Assembly (NCBI GenBank): GCA_963760795.1
Contig: CAVXEP010000029.1
Coordinates: 384,001-448,000, forward strand
DNA length: 64,000 bases
Origin: an uncultured delta proteobacterium
GTDB taxonomy: Bacteria; Desulfobacterota; Binatia; UBA9968
Reading direction: 5' to 3'
In this document: in pieces, positions 52,218 through 61,908 of the stretch
How the letters are laid out: every line of letters starts with the position of its first letter
How positions within the stretch are numbered: position 1 is the stretch's first letter
Notes under the pieces: generated by a model
Told to the model about the DNA's origin: nothing
The model's database searches: none
The model's input: the letters and a program-made list of their open reading frames with translations, nothing else
Program-made: the position numbers and the translations under genes

Positions 52218-54014
52218 CTAGGGCTGGGTGACGCCCGCAAACGTCACCAGGTCCGCCACGGTAAAATCTCCAGCTGCGGCAGATGGCAGAAATGGAGTGA
52301 ACCCGCCTGTTACGTTCAGGTACGACGTGGCATCTCGCTTCAACATGCGGACGAAAGTCTCGGCCACGATCCTGCCGCCCACCGGACCCAGTTCGTTTCC
52401 TCCGCCGATCACGGACGCTTCGCGTAAGATGTAGTACCACAGCGGCGTTTTCTGCAGCAGGATGCCACCGTTAGAATTCAGCAGACTCACCTCCGTCGCT
52501 GGTAGCCCCTGGGTCAGTTGCGCTGTTGTCATCGGTGTGATCCCGAAGGAATTCGCCATGCCCTTGCCGCTGGGTAAACCTAGCGCCAAGCCACGCCTAA
52601 GGTTCCGCGTCGCGAGCACCGCCATCATTCCCGTGAATCCCGGCAGCGACTCTAACCCCGCCGCCATGAAGCTGTCGATTGTGCGCGCCTTATTGTGAAC
52701 CGGGACGGGCACACCGGTATCGAATAAGGCGTTGAAGTCCACCACCCAATTTGAAAAAACCGGAAGCCGCGGATTGCGGATGAATTCGAACACCTGTCCC
52801 AGTGTTGCCGCCGGAAAGTTGAAATTTACCCAGTATGTGTCCCGGATCATGCTATGGCCGAAGCGGTAGGCAGCCACAGCAAACTCCACGGGCATGCGGA
52901 ACGAACTGCCCTGCGGCGCCACTACCGTCGAAAGAGCGTTGGTCACCATCGCTGCGCCACAAATTCGCTTGAGGAAATCGTTCACCACGGCCCATTGATA
53001 GTGATGTGTCACGATCTTTTTAGCCTCGGCGAAGATATCGCCGGCGAACAAAGCCGCTAGTAGCAGTTCGACGACTTTGTTATGGAACCTCAACATGGCG
53101 TGGTGGAATTGCGCGATGATCAGGTTTTCGTCATTGCGCGGATCTCCAATCACGGCTGTGTTCGTCCCCCCAATGCGTGGCACGTCGAACTGGGATTGCG
53201 TTACCATTCCGCCAGGAGTCCCGTTGTTGCTCGGGCCGCCCGGTCCGGTATTTGTGTTCGTCCCGAGCTGGAACTTCACTGCGGTCGTCGGACCCGTGGA
53301 AGGGAATGCGTAGAGAAACGGATCGAGCGCCGGTCCCCTCCCGTACACGGAATCGAGATCAAGCGCGGGAGTACGCATGTTGTGGATTGTGTTCGCGTCC
53401 GTCGCGCTATCAAGCGACGACGAGACATCCAGGGTAATGTCATGGTCCACGAATTGGCCGAAATATGTGTAACCCGCCGGGATCGCCGACACGCCCTGAT
53501 CCGCCGAATTATGCGATCCCGGATTCGGATCGCGACCCGGATCGCCCATCAACCCACCTAGTTGGCCCAATAACGACTGATTCACTGAGTTGAAAGCCAG
53601 CTTCGTTGCGCTCCTAACCGCAGCGCTCGACATGTAGCCAAACCTATCGGCGCACGGCGAGGCGAGCCACGGAAACGGAAACCACGTCAGCGATATCTTA
53701 CTGCCATGTAATCTCCGCTGTTCCGGCTTCAGCGCCCGCAGACTACTTTTGATTTCTTCCGGCATTTTCGCCACAGGCTGTCCGGCGTCCCGCTTGATAC
53801 GGTTCACCGTTTCCACAAGTCGCTCCACGGGAACGCTGGGTTTGAGATTCAGCTCCGCAAGCTGCTCCCGCAGCTGACGCACGGAAACCGGAGCTGGATT
53901 CACAAACCTTTTCGGAGCCGCCGTTTCTTTGAGCAGTGCCAACAACCTTGCAGGAATCGCAGGGGTCTCCGTGGGGGAACTACTCTCCTTGGTTCGCGGT
54001 TTTCTTGTAGCCAT
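52218..54014 (-). CDS. Heme peroxidase, peroxidase-cyclooxygenase (animal-type) superfamily
   Basis: GYTYFGQFVDHD, LDLDSVYG, GDPRNDEN, AYRFGHS, TPLWYYIL; AAGGAG RBS. Confidence 0.92.
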   Translation of the reverse strand: MATRKPRTKESSSPTETPAIPARLLALLKETAAPKRFVNPAPVSVRQLREQLAELNLKPSVPVERLVETVNRIKRDAGQPVAKMPEEIKSSLRALKPEQRRLHGSKISLTWFPFPWLASPCADRFGYMSSAAVRSATKLAFNSVNQSLLGQLGGLMGDPGRDPNPGSHNSADQGVSAIPAGYTYFGQFVDHDITLDVSSSLDSATDANTIHNMRTPALDLDSVYGRGPALDPFLYAFPSTGPTTAVKFQLGTNTNTGPGGPSNNGTPGGMVTQSQFDVPRIGGTNTAVIGDPRNDENLIIAQFHHAMLRFHNKVVELLLAALFAGDIFAEAKKIVTHHYQWAVVNDFLKRICGAAMVTNALSTVVAPQGSSFRMPVEFAVAAYRFGHSMIRDTYWVNFNFPAATLGQVFEFIRNPRLPVFSNWVVDFNALFDTGVPVPVHNKARTIDSFMAAGLESLPGFTGMMAVLATRNLRRGLALGLPSGKGMANSFGITPMTTAQLTQGLPATEVSLLNSNGGILLQKTPLWYYILREASVIGGGNELGPVGGRIVAETFVRMLKRDATSYLNVTGGFTPFLPSAAAGDFTVADLVTFAGVTQP

Positions 54015-54470
54015 ACGATCTCCTTGTTTTGTTATTGTCGAAGTTAAGCTCGAAGCGAAAACATAATTGTAATTGAGTTAGACTTTGACGAATTAGCAAA
54101 AGTAGTGAAGCTCTCGAAGCATGACCTTAAGCTGTTCCCGAGCTACGCCAACAGCGTTAGATAGAGTTCGTTTAGAGTTGGCATGGATCAATTCTCTATT
54201 TTAGTTTTGATGGTAATGCCCATAACAAGCCCGCATGATTTTTCGGCTGGGACTTTACGCCCCGGTGTTCACTAGTCCAACATGTGGCAACTAATGATAG
54301 ACTGTTATCAATTAGTAACACCGCATCCGTGGTCTCTTTTTGGATTTACTCTGAATAAAATGTTACCTCAGTACTGCGCTAACGCAAGTATAGTTCCATT
54401 GAATTTCAATTGTGACTTTGCGGAAAGCACAAAAGTACCCATCTCGATTTGCCTGTGACGTTGATTGCTC

Positions 54471-54530
54471 GTCTACTACGTTTACAAAACTTCTACACGT
54501 CGTTTACAAAACCGTCGCCAAAGTTTACGC
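54471..54530. promoter_or_regulatory. Direct repeats with about 11-bp period, candidate OmpR/PhoB-family operator
   Basis: GTTTAC at 54480, 54502, 54523; TTCTAC at 54491; GTTTACAAAAC exact twice. Confidence 0.5.
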
Positions 54531-54771
54531 GTCGTTGCGCTCTACCGCTCTCCTCTCAATAACGTAGTCCGAAACCTGGGGCATTAAAAGTCTACCATCG
54601 GAATTCTCGGCGCGGTGCCCGACGCGCTGGGCAACCGTTTATTCTGTGCGCGAAGCTTTTGCACCGCTGATCCAGCGCGTCGCCGAGGCCTAGTCCCGCT
54701 ATGTAATTTCTTAGGTCGGCGGCCGTCGATCTATCTCGACTGAAATTGCCGTTTGTGATAGGGGATGGCGA

Positions 54772-55098
54772 ATGCGAATACCGCGACGATTTGTTCGTTT
54801 CGTCTTATTCATGCTGCCGTTTGCTTTCGGCTGCCAAACCATGCGCAGCGAAACCACGGTGGCAATTCCCGCCGTGGAAACGGAAACGCCGCAAGATCAG
54901 ACGCTGTCAAAGTCCGTGCGGGCCCGGCTGCTCGCGGATAAGAAAGTGGATCTATCCGGCATCAAGGTGGTATCCAACAACGGGACAGTCTACTTGAGCG
55001 GAGTCGTGAGTTCTCTAGACGCACGCCAGCAAGCGATCAAGCTCGCCTGGGAAACGCACGGGGTGCAGAGCGTCGTCAATGGTCTTGAAGTTCAATAA
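54772..55098 (+). CDS. BON-domain lipoprotein (OsmY-like)
   Basis: Lipobox AFGC; NGTVYLSGVV, GVQSVVNGL. Confidence 0.9.
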   Translation: MRIPRRFVRFVLFMLPFAFGCQTMRSETTVAIPAVETETPQDQTLSKSVRARLLADKKVDLSGIKVVSNNGTVYLSGVVSSLDARQQAIKLAWETHGVQSVVNGLEVQ

Positions 55099-55358
55099 AG
55101 ACGGCTATGACTTTGGGCAAGTTCTCGATGTGAAAGCTGCGAGTCTCATTGCTCGTAAGAAAGCGGGGACCGGCTCTTTCAATCTAAACAAATCTGGGTC
55201 GGATTCTTTAACCGTTCCAACTCTCCGAATAAGCTCCTCGCTTGTATCATCCGGTCTCCATGGTCACAGTCTGTTCGACTCGGTATCGCTCGAGGGTCAG
55301 ATGGGAACCGCTTGAGGATTGTTCCAGCTTGTTCACGCGTGTCTTTCTGTCGCATTAC

Positions 55359-56855
55359 TTAGGTGCCGCAGAATGTTTGATAGCACCCTTGCCCTTCCGG
55401 TGCAGGTTCGGCAAAAGCGGCAAACTCCGGTTGTTCGTCGAAGGGGCGTGATAGAATATTCAGCAGCGTCTCGAACGGCGCGTAATCGGCGTGCTCCACT
55501 GCGGCGCTCAAGGCTTCCTCTACTCGATGATTGCGCGCAATGAACGCGGGATTGACACGGCGCATGGCTTGCGCCCGTTCCGCGGGCGTAACCGATTCGC
55601 GCGCAAGCCGCGCTCGCCAGTGATCACTCCAGAGATCGTAGGCCGACGCATCGGCAAACAGCGCGCGAATGCGTTCTTCTTCGCCTAAGGCCGCATCGGC
55701 GAGATAGCGGAAGGCCAACGTGTAGTCTACTTTGTTGTTCGCCATGGCGGTGAGAAACCCCGTGGCAAGATTTAGATCGGCCTCGTCTTCACTGACCATT
55801 CCGAGCTTGGCGCGCATGCCTTGAAGCCAGTGGCGTTCATATAGACCGGGAAAGCCATTGATCACCTCGGTGGCTTGCGCGATGGCGCGGTTATTATCGG
55901 CATCGATCAGCGGGAGAACCGTCTCCGCCAACCGCGCCAGATTCCACTGCGCGATGCTTGGCTGATTGCCGAATGCATAGCGGCCGCGCGTGTCGATGGA
56001 GCTGAAAACTGTTGCCGGGTCATAATGATCCATGAAGGCGCATGGGCCATAGTCGATGGTCTCGCCGGAGATCGCCATGTTGTCGGTGTTCATCACGCCG
56101 TGGATGAAGCCGACATGCATCCAGCTAGCGACCAGCGCCGCTTGGCGGTCGCATACGCTCGCAAGCAATTCTAGGTAAGGGTTCGCGTGGTTTTTCAAAT
56201 CCTGATAGTGGCGATCGATTACATAATCGGCCAGGCGCCGCACCTTGTCCTGCTCGCCGCGGGCGGCGAACAATTGGAAGGTGCCGACACGGATGTGGCT
56301 CGCAGCCACGCGCGTCAAGACCGCGCCCGGCAGCGCGGTCTCGCGATACACCGGCTCGCCCGTGACCACTGCGGCAAGCGCTCTTGTCGTCGGGATCGCA
56401 AGCGCGTGCATCGCCTCGCCGATCAAATATTCACGCAACACCGGCCCGAGTGCGGCCCGGCCGTCGCCGTTGCGCGAAAACGGAGTGGGCCCCGAGCCTT
56501 TGAGCTGAATATCTCGGCGATGTCCGTTGCGGTCGATTACCTCGCCCAGGAGCAGCGCCCGGCCGTCGCCAAGTTGCGGCGAGAAGCCGCCGAACTGGTG
56601 GCCGGCGTAGGCCTGGGCCAGCGGCACCGCGCCCTCGGGTGTCTCGTTGCCGGCAAAGATTCGCGCGCCTTGCTCGGAATCGAGAGCCTCGGCATCGAGT
56701 CCCAACTCTTCGGCCAAGTCACGGTTGAGCTTAACCAACGCAGGCCGCGCCACCTGCGCCGCCTGCCAGGGCACGTAGAAGCCCTCAAGCTCGCGCGCAT
56801 AGGTATTGTCGAAGGCGAATTTTCCGGCGGCAGGGTTGTTTGGGACATGCGTCAT
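55359..56855 (-). CDS. selO: Protein adenylyltransferase SelO/YdiU
   Basis: YAGHQFG, LGDGRA, QLKGSG, HGVMNTDN, IDYGP, TFCGT. Confidence 0.97.
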   Translation of the reverse strand: MTHVPNNPAAGKFAFDNTYARELEGFYVPWQAAQVARPALVKLNRDLAEELGLDAEALDSEQGARIFAGNETPEGAVPLAQAYAGHQFGGFSPQLGDGRALLLGEVIDRNGHRRDIQLKGSGPTPFSRNGDGRAALGPVLREYLIGEAMHALAIPTTRALAAVVTGEPVYRETALPGAVLTRVAASHIRVGTFQLFAARGEQDKVRRLADYVIDRHYQDLKNHANPYLELLASVCDRQAALVASWMHVGFIHGVMNTDNMAISGETIDYGPCAFMDHYDPATVFSSIDTRGRYAFGNQPSIAQWNLARLAETVLPLIDADNNRAIAQATEVINGFPGLYERHWLQGMRAKLGMVSEDEADLNLATGFLTAMANNKVDYTLAFRYLADAALGEEERIRALFADASAYDLWSDHWRARLARESVTPAERAQAMRRVNPAFIARNHRVEEALSAAVEHADYAPFETLLNILSRPFDEQPEFAAFAEPAPEGQGCYQTFCGT

Positions 56856-57039
56856 AGTGACTTCCTTTGCGATTTAAAAGCGACTCTTCTCTAACCGTTC
56901 TCTACCACGATGATTTCGCGCTTAACAGCTTCGGGCGCGCAACGAAAACGGCTGTCTGAAACAGCCGCCGACGCGAGCAAGATTTCGTATCATGCAGAGG
57001 AGGCAAGATATCGACGCCAGGTGCAGTCGCCGGCGTTGG

Positions 57040-58602
57040 TTATTTCAATATATGTACAGCGGCTTCGGCACAGCGCTCGCCATCCATGGCCGCCGAGACA
57101 ATGCCGCCGGCGTAACCGGCCCCTTCGCCGCAAGGAAATAAATTTACAATCTGCGGGTGTTGCAAGGTGGTCTTGTCGCGCGGGATGCGCACCGGCGAAG
57201 AAGTGCGGCTCTCCACGCCGATGATCTGGGCGTCGTTGGTCAGGTAGCCCGGCATTTTTTGGCCGAAGTATTTAAACCCCTGACGGAGCGCGTCGGCGAT
57301 AAACTCGGGGAGAAACGCGCGCATATCGGCTGCGGTTACTCCGGGATGGTACGATGTTTCGATCAGGCTAGACGACTCTCTTCCAGCTACAAAATCGTTC
57401 AGGCGCTGGGCCGGAGCGGCTTGAGTCTTGCCGGCCACCGCCCAGGCTTTTTGTTCGACTTCCGCCTGAAACTGCATGGCGGCGAGAGCGCCGAAGCGGT
57501 GCAGATGTTTGTAATCGTTTTCATCCACTGCCACGACAATACCGGAGTTGGCAAAGCGGGCATTTCTTTGCGAAGGGCTCATGCCATTGACCACCAGCTC
57601 GCCCGGCGCAGTTGCCGCCGGGACAATAAAGCCGCCGGGGCACATGCAAAAGGAAAACACGCCTTTGTCCTTGCCATTGATCTTGGCCTGGTGCACCAGA
57701 GCATAAGCCGCTGCGGGTAAGTACGCGCCTCGCTCTCCCTGGCAATGGTATTGGATCGAATCGATCAGGCGCTGGCGATGCTCGACCCGCACACCCAAGG
57801 CGAATGGTTTGGCTTCGATCAGAATCTTTTTGTCGTTGAGCAAATGAAAGATGTCGCGGGCGGAGTGGCCGGTGGCTAAAATAATCGCCCGGCCTTCGAT
57901 GACATCGCCCTGCTGCGTGCGCACCCCTTTCAGCTCGCTGCCAGCGAACACGAAATCGGTCACGCGGGTTTGGAAATGAACTTCGCCGCCGGCCTGTTTG
58001 ATGCTGTCGCGCAGTTCGGCAACCAGTTTCGGCAGTTTGTTGGTGCCGATGTGCGGATGAGCATCGAAGAGGATTTCATCCTTGGCGCCGTGCGCTACCA
58101 GTATCTCCATGATGCGCTGGACATCGCCGCGCTTCTTCGACCGGGTATAGAGTTTGCCGTCGGAATAAGTTCCCGCCCCACCTTCGCCAAAGCAATAGTT
58201 CGAGTCGGGATCAACGATATGTTCCTTGTTGATGGCGGCGAGATCGTAGCGGCGCGCATGGACATCTTTGCCGCGCTCGAGCACCATCGGTTTGTAGCCC
58301 AATTCAATTAATCGCAGCGCTGCGAATAGGCCGGCCGGACCTGAACCGATAATCACGACCGGATCTTTGCTATGTACCGAGGGGTAGTCCTTGGCGCGCC
58401 GCGGCGGGATGTTAGCGCGCTCGACAATGTCGTATTGCACGCGCACGACTATGTTACGGCCGCGCGCGTCCACCGAGCGCTTGAGCGGCAACACGGCCAA
58501 ACTGCCATCGCGAGGGATGGACAGCTTCTTATACAAAACCGCAACGAACAAGGCCTCGTCAAAGGCCTCTTGAGGTGTCAGGACCAATTCTTTTATGTTC
58601 AT
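57040..58602 (-). CDS. Uncharacterised NAD(P)/FAD-dependent oxidoreductase (COG2509-like)
   Basis: IGSGPAG, FGEGGAGTYSDGKL, HIGT, FCMCPGG, GEGAGYAGGI. Confidence 0.9.
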   Translation of the reverse strand: MNIKELVLTPQEAFDEALFVAVLYKKLSIPRDGSLAVLPLKRSVDARGRNIVVRVQYDIVERANIPPRRAKDYPSVHSKDPVVIIGSGPAGLFAALRLIELGYKPMVLERGKDVHARRYDLAAINKEHIVDPDSNYCFGEGGAGTYSDGKLYTRSKKRGDVQRIMEILVAHGAKDEILFDAHPHIGTNKLPKLVAELRDSIKQAGGEVHFQTRVTDFVFAGSELKGVRTQQGDVIEGRAIILATGHSARDIFHLLNDKKILIEAKPFALGVRVEHRQRLIDSIQYHCQGERGAYLPAAAYALVHQAKINGKDKGVFSFCMCPGGFIVPAATAPGELVVNGMSPSQRNARFANSGIVVAVDENDYKHLHRFGALAAMQFQAEVEQKAWAVAGKTQAAPAQRLNDFVAGRESSSLIETSYHPGVTAADMRAFLPEFIADALRQGFKYFGQKMPGYLTNDAQIIGVESRTSSPVRIPRDKTTLQHPQIVNLFPCGEGAGYAGGIVSAAMDGERCAEAAVHILK

Positions 58603-58807
58603 ACCCGGCAGGTTTTTATCCTGCAATTTTATTGTTTCGCACCTGTTATTTTACGTAACTATAACACGCGGCATAAAAAAATCGGAACGCGTAACCATTC
58701 GGTGTAGGAGTGTCAAGTTTACCAAACGAATGCGGCCGGTAATTGTATTAACTGGCAGTGCCTCGCTGGACTTGCACAGCGACCCCATGCGGCAGTAGAT
58801 TCCCGCC

Positions 58808-59644
58808 ATGGCCAATAACAATGAATACGAAGTAGACGAGCGCGACGTCGAGTATCAGCGCCAGGCAGGCAAAGCGTGGCTCGCTCGCGTTTATCAACCC
58901 AAAGGTGCCGGGCCGTTCCCGACCATCGTCGATGTGCACGGCGGCGCGTGGCACAACGGCGACCGGACTAACAACACCGGTGTCGACCGGGCGCTGGCGG
59001 CCAAGGGAATAGTGGTCGCGGCGCTCGATTTCCGCCAGCCGCCGGAGGCAGGTTATCCGGCGTCGATCTGCGACGTGAACTTGGCTGTGCGCTGGTTGAA
59101 AGCACATGCGGCGGAGTTCAACGGCAGAGCCACTGTTGGAGCGTTCGGCAATTCCAGTGGCGGCCATCAAGTGGTGCTCAGTGCGCTGCGGCCGCGGCAC
59201 GCGGCTTATTCGACACTATCGTTGGCGAACCATCCTGAGATCGACGCCAGCCTCGCCTATGTGATCTCTGCCTGGCCGGTGATCTGCCCGCTATACCGAT
59301 TTCGTTTCGCCAAGGAGTTCAACCGCGAAGAACATATCAACGCCCACATTGAATACTGGCGGACGGAAGAAGCGATGGCCGAAGGCAGTCCGCAATCGAT
59401 CATCGAAAATGATAAGCAGATCGAACTACCGCCGATTTTGTACTTGCTGAAGGCGAACGACAAAAACCATCCGCTGGAAATGCAGGAGCGTTTTATCGCT
59501 TCTTATCGCAAGCGCGGCGGGGCCATCGAGGTGCATACCTTCGACGGCCTGCCGGAGCACCGCATGGTGCCGTCGCCGAGTGAGCCGGAAACCATGCGCT
59601 TCATCGAGATCGTCAGCGCATTCATCCGGCAGCAAAGCAAATAG
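58808..59644 (+). CDS. Alpha/beta hydrolase
   Basis: HGGAW, GNSSGG; TTGCAC-N18-TAGATT promoter places +1 on ATG. Confidence 0.88.
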   Translation: MANNNEYEVDERDVEYQRQAGKAWLARVYQPKGAGPFPTIVDVHGGAWHNGDRTNNTGVDRALAAKGIVVAALDFRQPPEAGYPASICDVNLAVRWLKAHAAEFNGRATVGAFGNSSGGHQVVLSALRPRHAAYSTLSLANHPEIDASLAYVISAWPVICPLYRFRFAKEFNREEHINAHIEYWRTEEAMAEGSPQSIIENDKQIELPPILYLLKANDKNHPLEMQERFIASYRKRGGAIEVHTFDGLPEHRMVPSPSEPETMRFIEIVSAFIRQQSK

Positions 59645-59938
59645 CGATCGCCAGGCCTCTTGATTCTCATTTCATCGTTCGTTGCGAGCGCGCTTGCCAG
59701 AGACAGGATTACCAAACCGTCGGTAACGCGGACCGTCGCGCTCGACAGTCAGAGCGTAGATCTCGGAACGGTTGCCTTCACGAGAGAGAGATGCTTCCCA
59801 CTTCTAGGAAAAATTTGTCGACTACACGGCAACGTAGAAGTTCTGAGTTCGCAAGTGCAATACCGGTTCGACGCCAAAGGTTTCAACAAAAACTTGTATT
59901 CTCGTGAGCGCTGACCTGACCCGGGAAAGTGACACAGC

Positions 59939-60997
59939 CTACGGTGCCGACGGCATGGCGTCCGCGCCGGAGAGCTTGTTAAACAATTCGACAACTTCAC
60001 GGTCCCGCGGTAAGTCACGAACTGCCTTCTCGAGTTCCTCCGGCGGCAACGGCGTGGGCTCCTCGCCGACAAGCTTTTTAAATTCTGCGTAGAATTCAGG
60101 ATCAGCAAAAGTCTTGCGCATCGCTTGCCGCAGGATCTGGACCTTATCGGGCGGTGTTCCCGGAGGAAGGATGAACGGAGTTCCCGCACTGACAAAGGCC
60201 CTTTGCATGGCAAGAAGTTTTCGGTCCTTTTCCGATTTCGTAAACCGTTCGATATCGGGCAGCCGGGCGAAGACGGGATGGGGGTGTCTTCGTCCCTTCG
60301 GAACCTCGTTGACGACATGAAAATCCATCAGTTTCTTGTCGATCCAGTCGGGCGCTTCTCGTACCAGAGTGGCCTGAATGGTCCACCGAGCGTCGAGCTC
60401 GCCTTGCATCAAGGCCAGATTGACTTCGTGACCTTGGGCGAATCCGGTAACAAACTTTGGCTCTTTCATGCCGACCAGATACGCGAGGATGCGGCCGATG
60501 TTATAAAGGTTATGTCCCACAGACTGAGCGCCGATACGCACGCCTGAGGCGTTGCGGAGCTTCTCCATGCTATCCAGGCGCGCCTCTTTACGGCTCAAAA
60601 AAATGTATGGTTCGCCGCTGGTCGGAGATCCAAGATAGTTTAGTTTATTGATGTCATAGAGAACCCCAGTGGAGTCGAGCACAGCCGCCGGTACAAAGCT
60701 TGAGAGCATTACGCCCATGGTCAGCCCGTCCGGTCGAGCCCGGTAGATGTAGTTGCCAGCCTTTCGCGATCCACCGCCCGGCATGTACTCGATGATGAAG
60801 GTCGGTCTTCCCGGTATATGTTTCCGGAGAACGGAAGCGGTGGCTCTGAAACGCAAATCTACCGTGCCCCCGGGTCCGCCCCCGTAGACAACATTGATGG
60901 TCTTGCCTTGATAAAAGTGAGACTGAGAGAATCCGTGACCGCGGAGCGCGAAGCTCAACGGCACGGCCAAGAGGATCATGACAGCCAGTTTTTGCAC
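59939..60997 (-). CDS. TctC/Bug tripartite tricarboxylate transporter substrate-binding protein
   Basis: GGAGG + GTG 60997; FYQGKTI, MPGGGS, PDGLT, PPGTP. Confidence 0.88.
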   Translation of the reverse strand: MQKLAVMILLAVPLSFALRGHGFSQSHFYQGKTINVVYGGGPGGTVDLRFRATASVLRKHIPGRPTFIIEYMPGGGSRKAGNYIYRARPDGLTMGVMLSSFVPAAVLDSTGVLYDINKLNYLGSPTSGEPYIFLSRKEARLDSMEKLRNASGVRIGAQSVGHNLYNIGRILAYLVGMKEPKFVTGFAQGHEVNLALMQGELDARWTIQATLVREAPDWIDKKLMDFHVVNEVPKGRRHPHPVFARLPDIERFTKSEKDRKLLAMQRAFVSAGTPFILPPGTPPDKVQILRQAMRKTFADPEFYAEFKKLVGEEPTPLPPEELEKAVRDLPRDREVVELFNKLSGADAMPSAP

Positions 60998-61104
60998 GGC
61001 AACCTCCTGCGCGATTTCAGGGCGGATCAGGTTGACACAGTGCCTCGTTAGCACACGCTCTCCCCTCAAACAATGGCGATGACGCGCGCGAGTCGTGCAC
61101 GCGA

Positions 61105-61475
61105 TCCGGCCGAGAAGACGCGCGGCATCGCGACTATCTGTTGGTTCGCCAACATTGTGCATCCCTCGTTCCAGCGCACTATGCCGCATGAGCGTTTTGC
61201 CGAAGGCGAAGCGGCGCAAGCCGTAGTAAAGGGAAACGGGCGAAAATCGTTCAAGGCCAATTGCCAGGAGATCGACTCAATGTTCCACGGACAAGAATGG
61301 GTCATGGGCAGCGAGTTGACGCTCGTCGATCTCTACGCGCTGGTTACTGCGGCTGGGGCGCGCCGCTGATTTCCCCATGAAGGAGCTCAGCGTCTACACG
61401 GCATGGCAGGAGCGTATGATGAAGCGCCCAACGGTGCGCACCAGTATGGAGAGCGAAGAGAGCGTTTCTGCGTAA
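61105..61475 (+). pseudogene. Glutathione S-transferase C-terminal remnant, frameshifted
   Basis: VHPSF, WVMGSELTLVDLY, then YTAWQERMMKRPTV in another frame; no N-terminal thioredoxin domain seen. Confidence 0.7.
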
Positions 61476-61595
61476 AGTTCGTTGGCGCATACTCCTTCTG
61501 CTGACAGGGGAATTGCCTGTTGGTAGGCATGGTCAATGCCGAATGTCAAAAATATAGATTGACCCTAATTCCTATAAATATGAGGCGTCGACCGC

Positions 61596-61772
61596 AAACT
61601 GTTCCCATCCTCGGAGGGCTTGCGCAATGTGCAGCGAATGCTGAAACGGCGCTATGCAAAGCTCGGCGAGGTCAAGATCGACGACGTAATCGCCGCGCGC
61701 ATCATGCGCAAACTGGATGAATTCGTTTTCATTGATAGGGTTTACGCCGCGCAGGGGGTGAGTTTGAAATAA
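61596..61772 (+). pseudogene. C-terminal remnant of an NMT1-like binding protein
   Basis: FPSSEGLRNVQRML...IMRKLDEFVFIDRVY parallels the end of 41059-42078. Confidence 0.8.
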
Positions 61773-61908
61773 GCTATTGTGAGATTTGTTGCTGGTTCAA
61801 AGAACAGTTAAGATGTAATGGTATCACCGTGTGCCCTGGGCACTAGATTTTCGATACGCCGACTGCGCCCGGCGTATTGCGTGCCGCCCGATACACGCTG
61901 CTTGAGCG

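Noticed and set aside
52160-54400. Integron attC sites around the peroxidase (GGCTAAC, GTTAGAT)
   Set aside because: No paired R''/R' boxes in the right orientation with an internal palindrome, and no integrase.
54471-54530. CRISPR array or plasmid iterons
   Set aside because: Units are only 6-12 bp with no unique spacers, and no cas or rep gene.
43729-55595. Diversity-generating retroelement TR/VR pairs (repeats at gene 3' ends)
   Set aside because: Mismatches are not confined to adenines on either strand, many are synonymous, and no reverse transcriptase is in the window.
60998-61219. N-terminal extension of the TctC protein in the ORF track
   Set aside because: It is the antisense of the GST remnant; GGAGG + GTG at 60997 gives a normal signal peptide.
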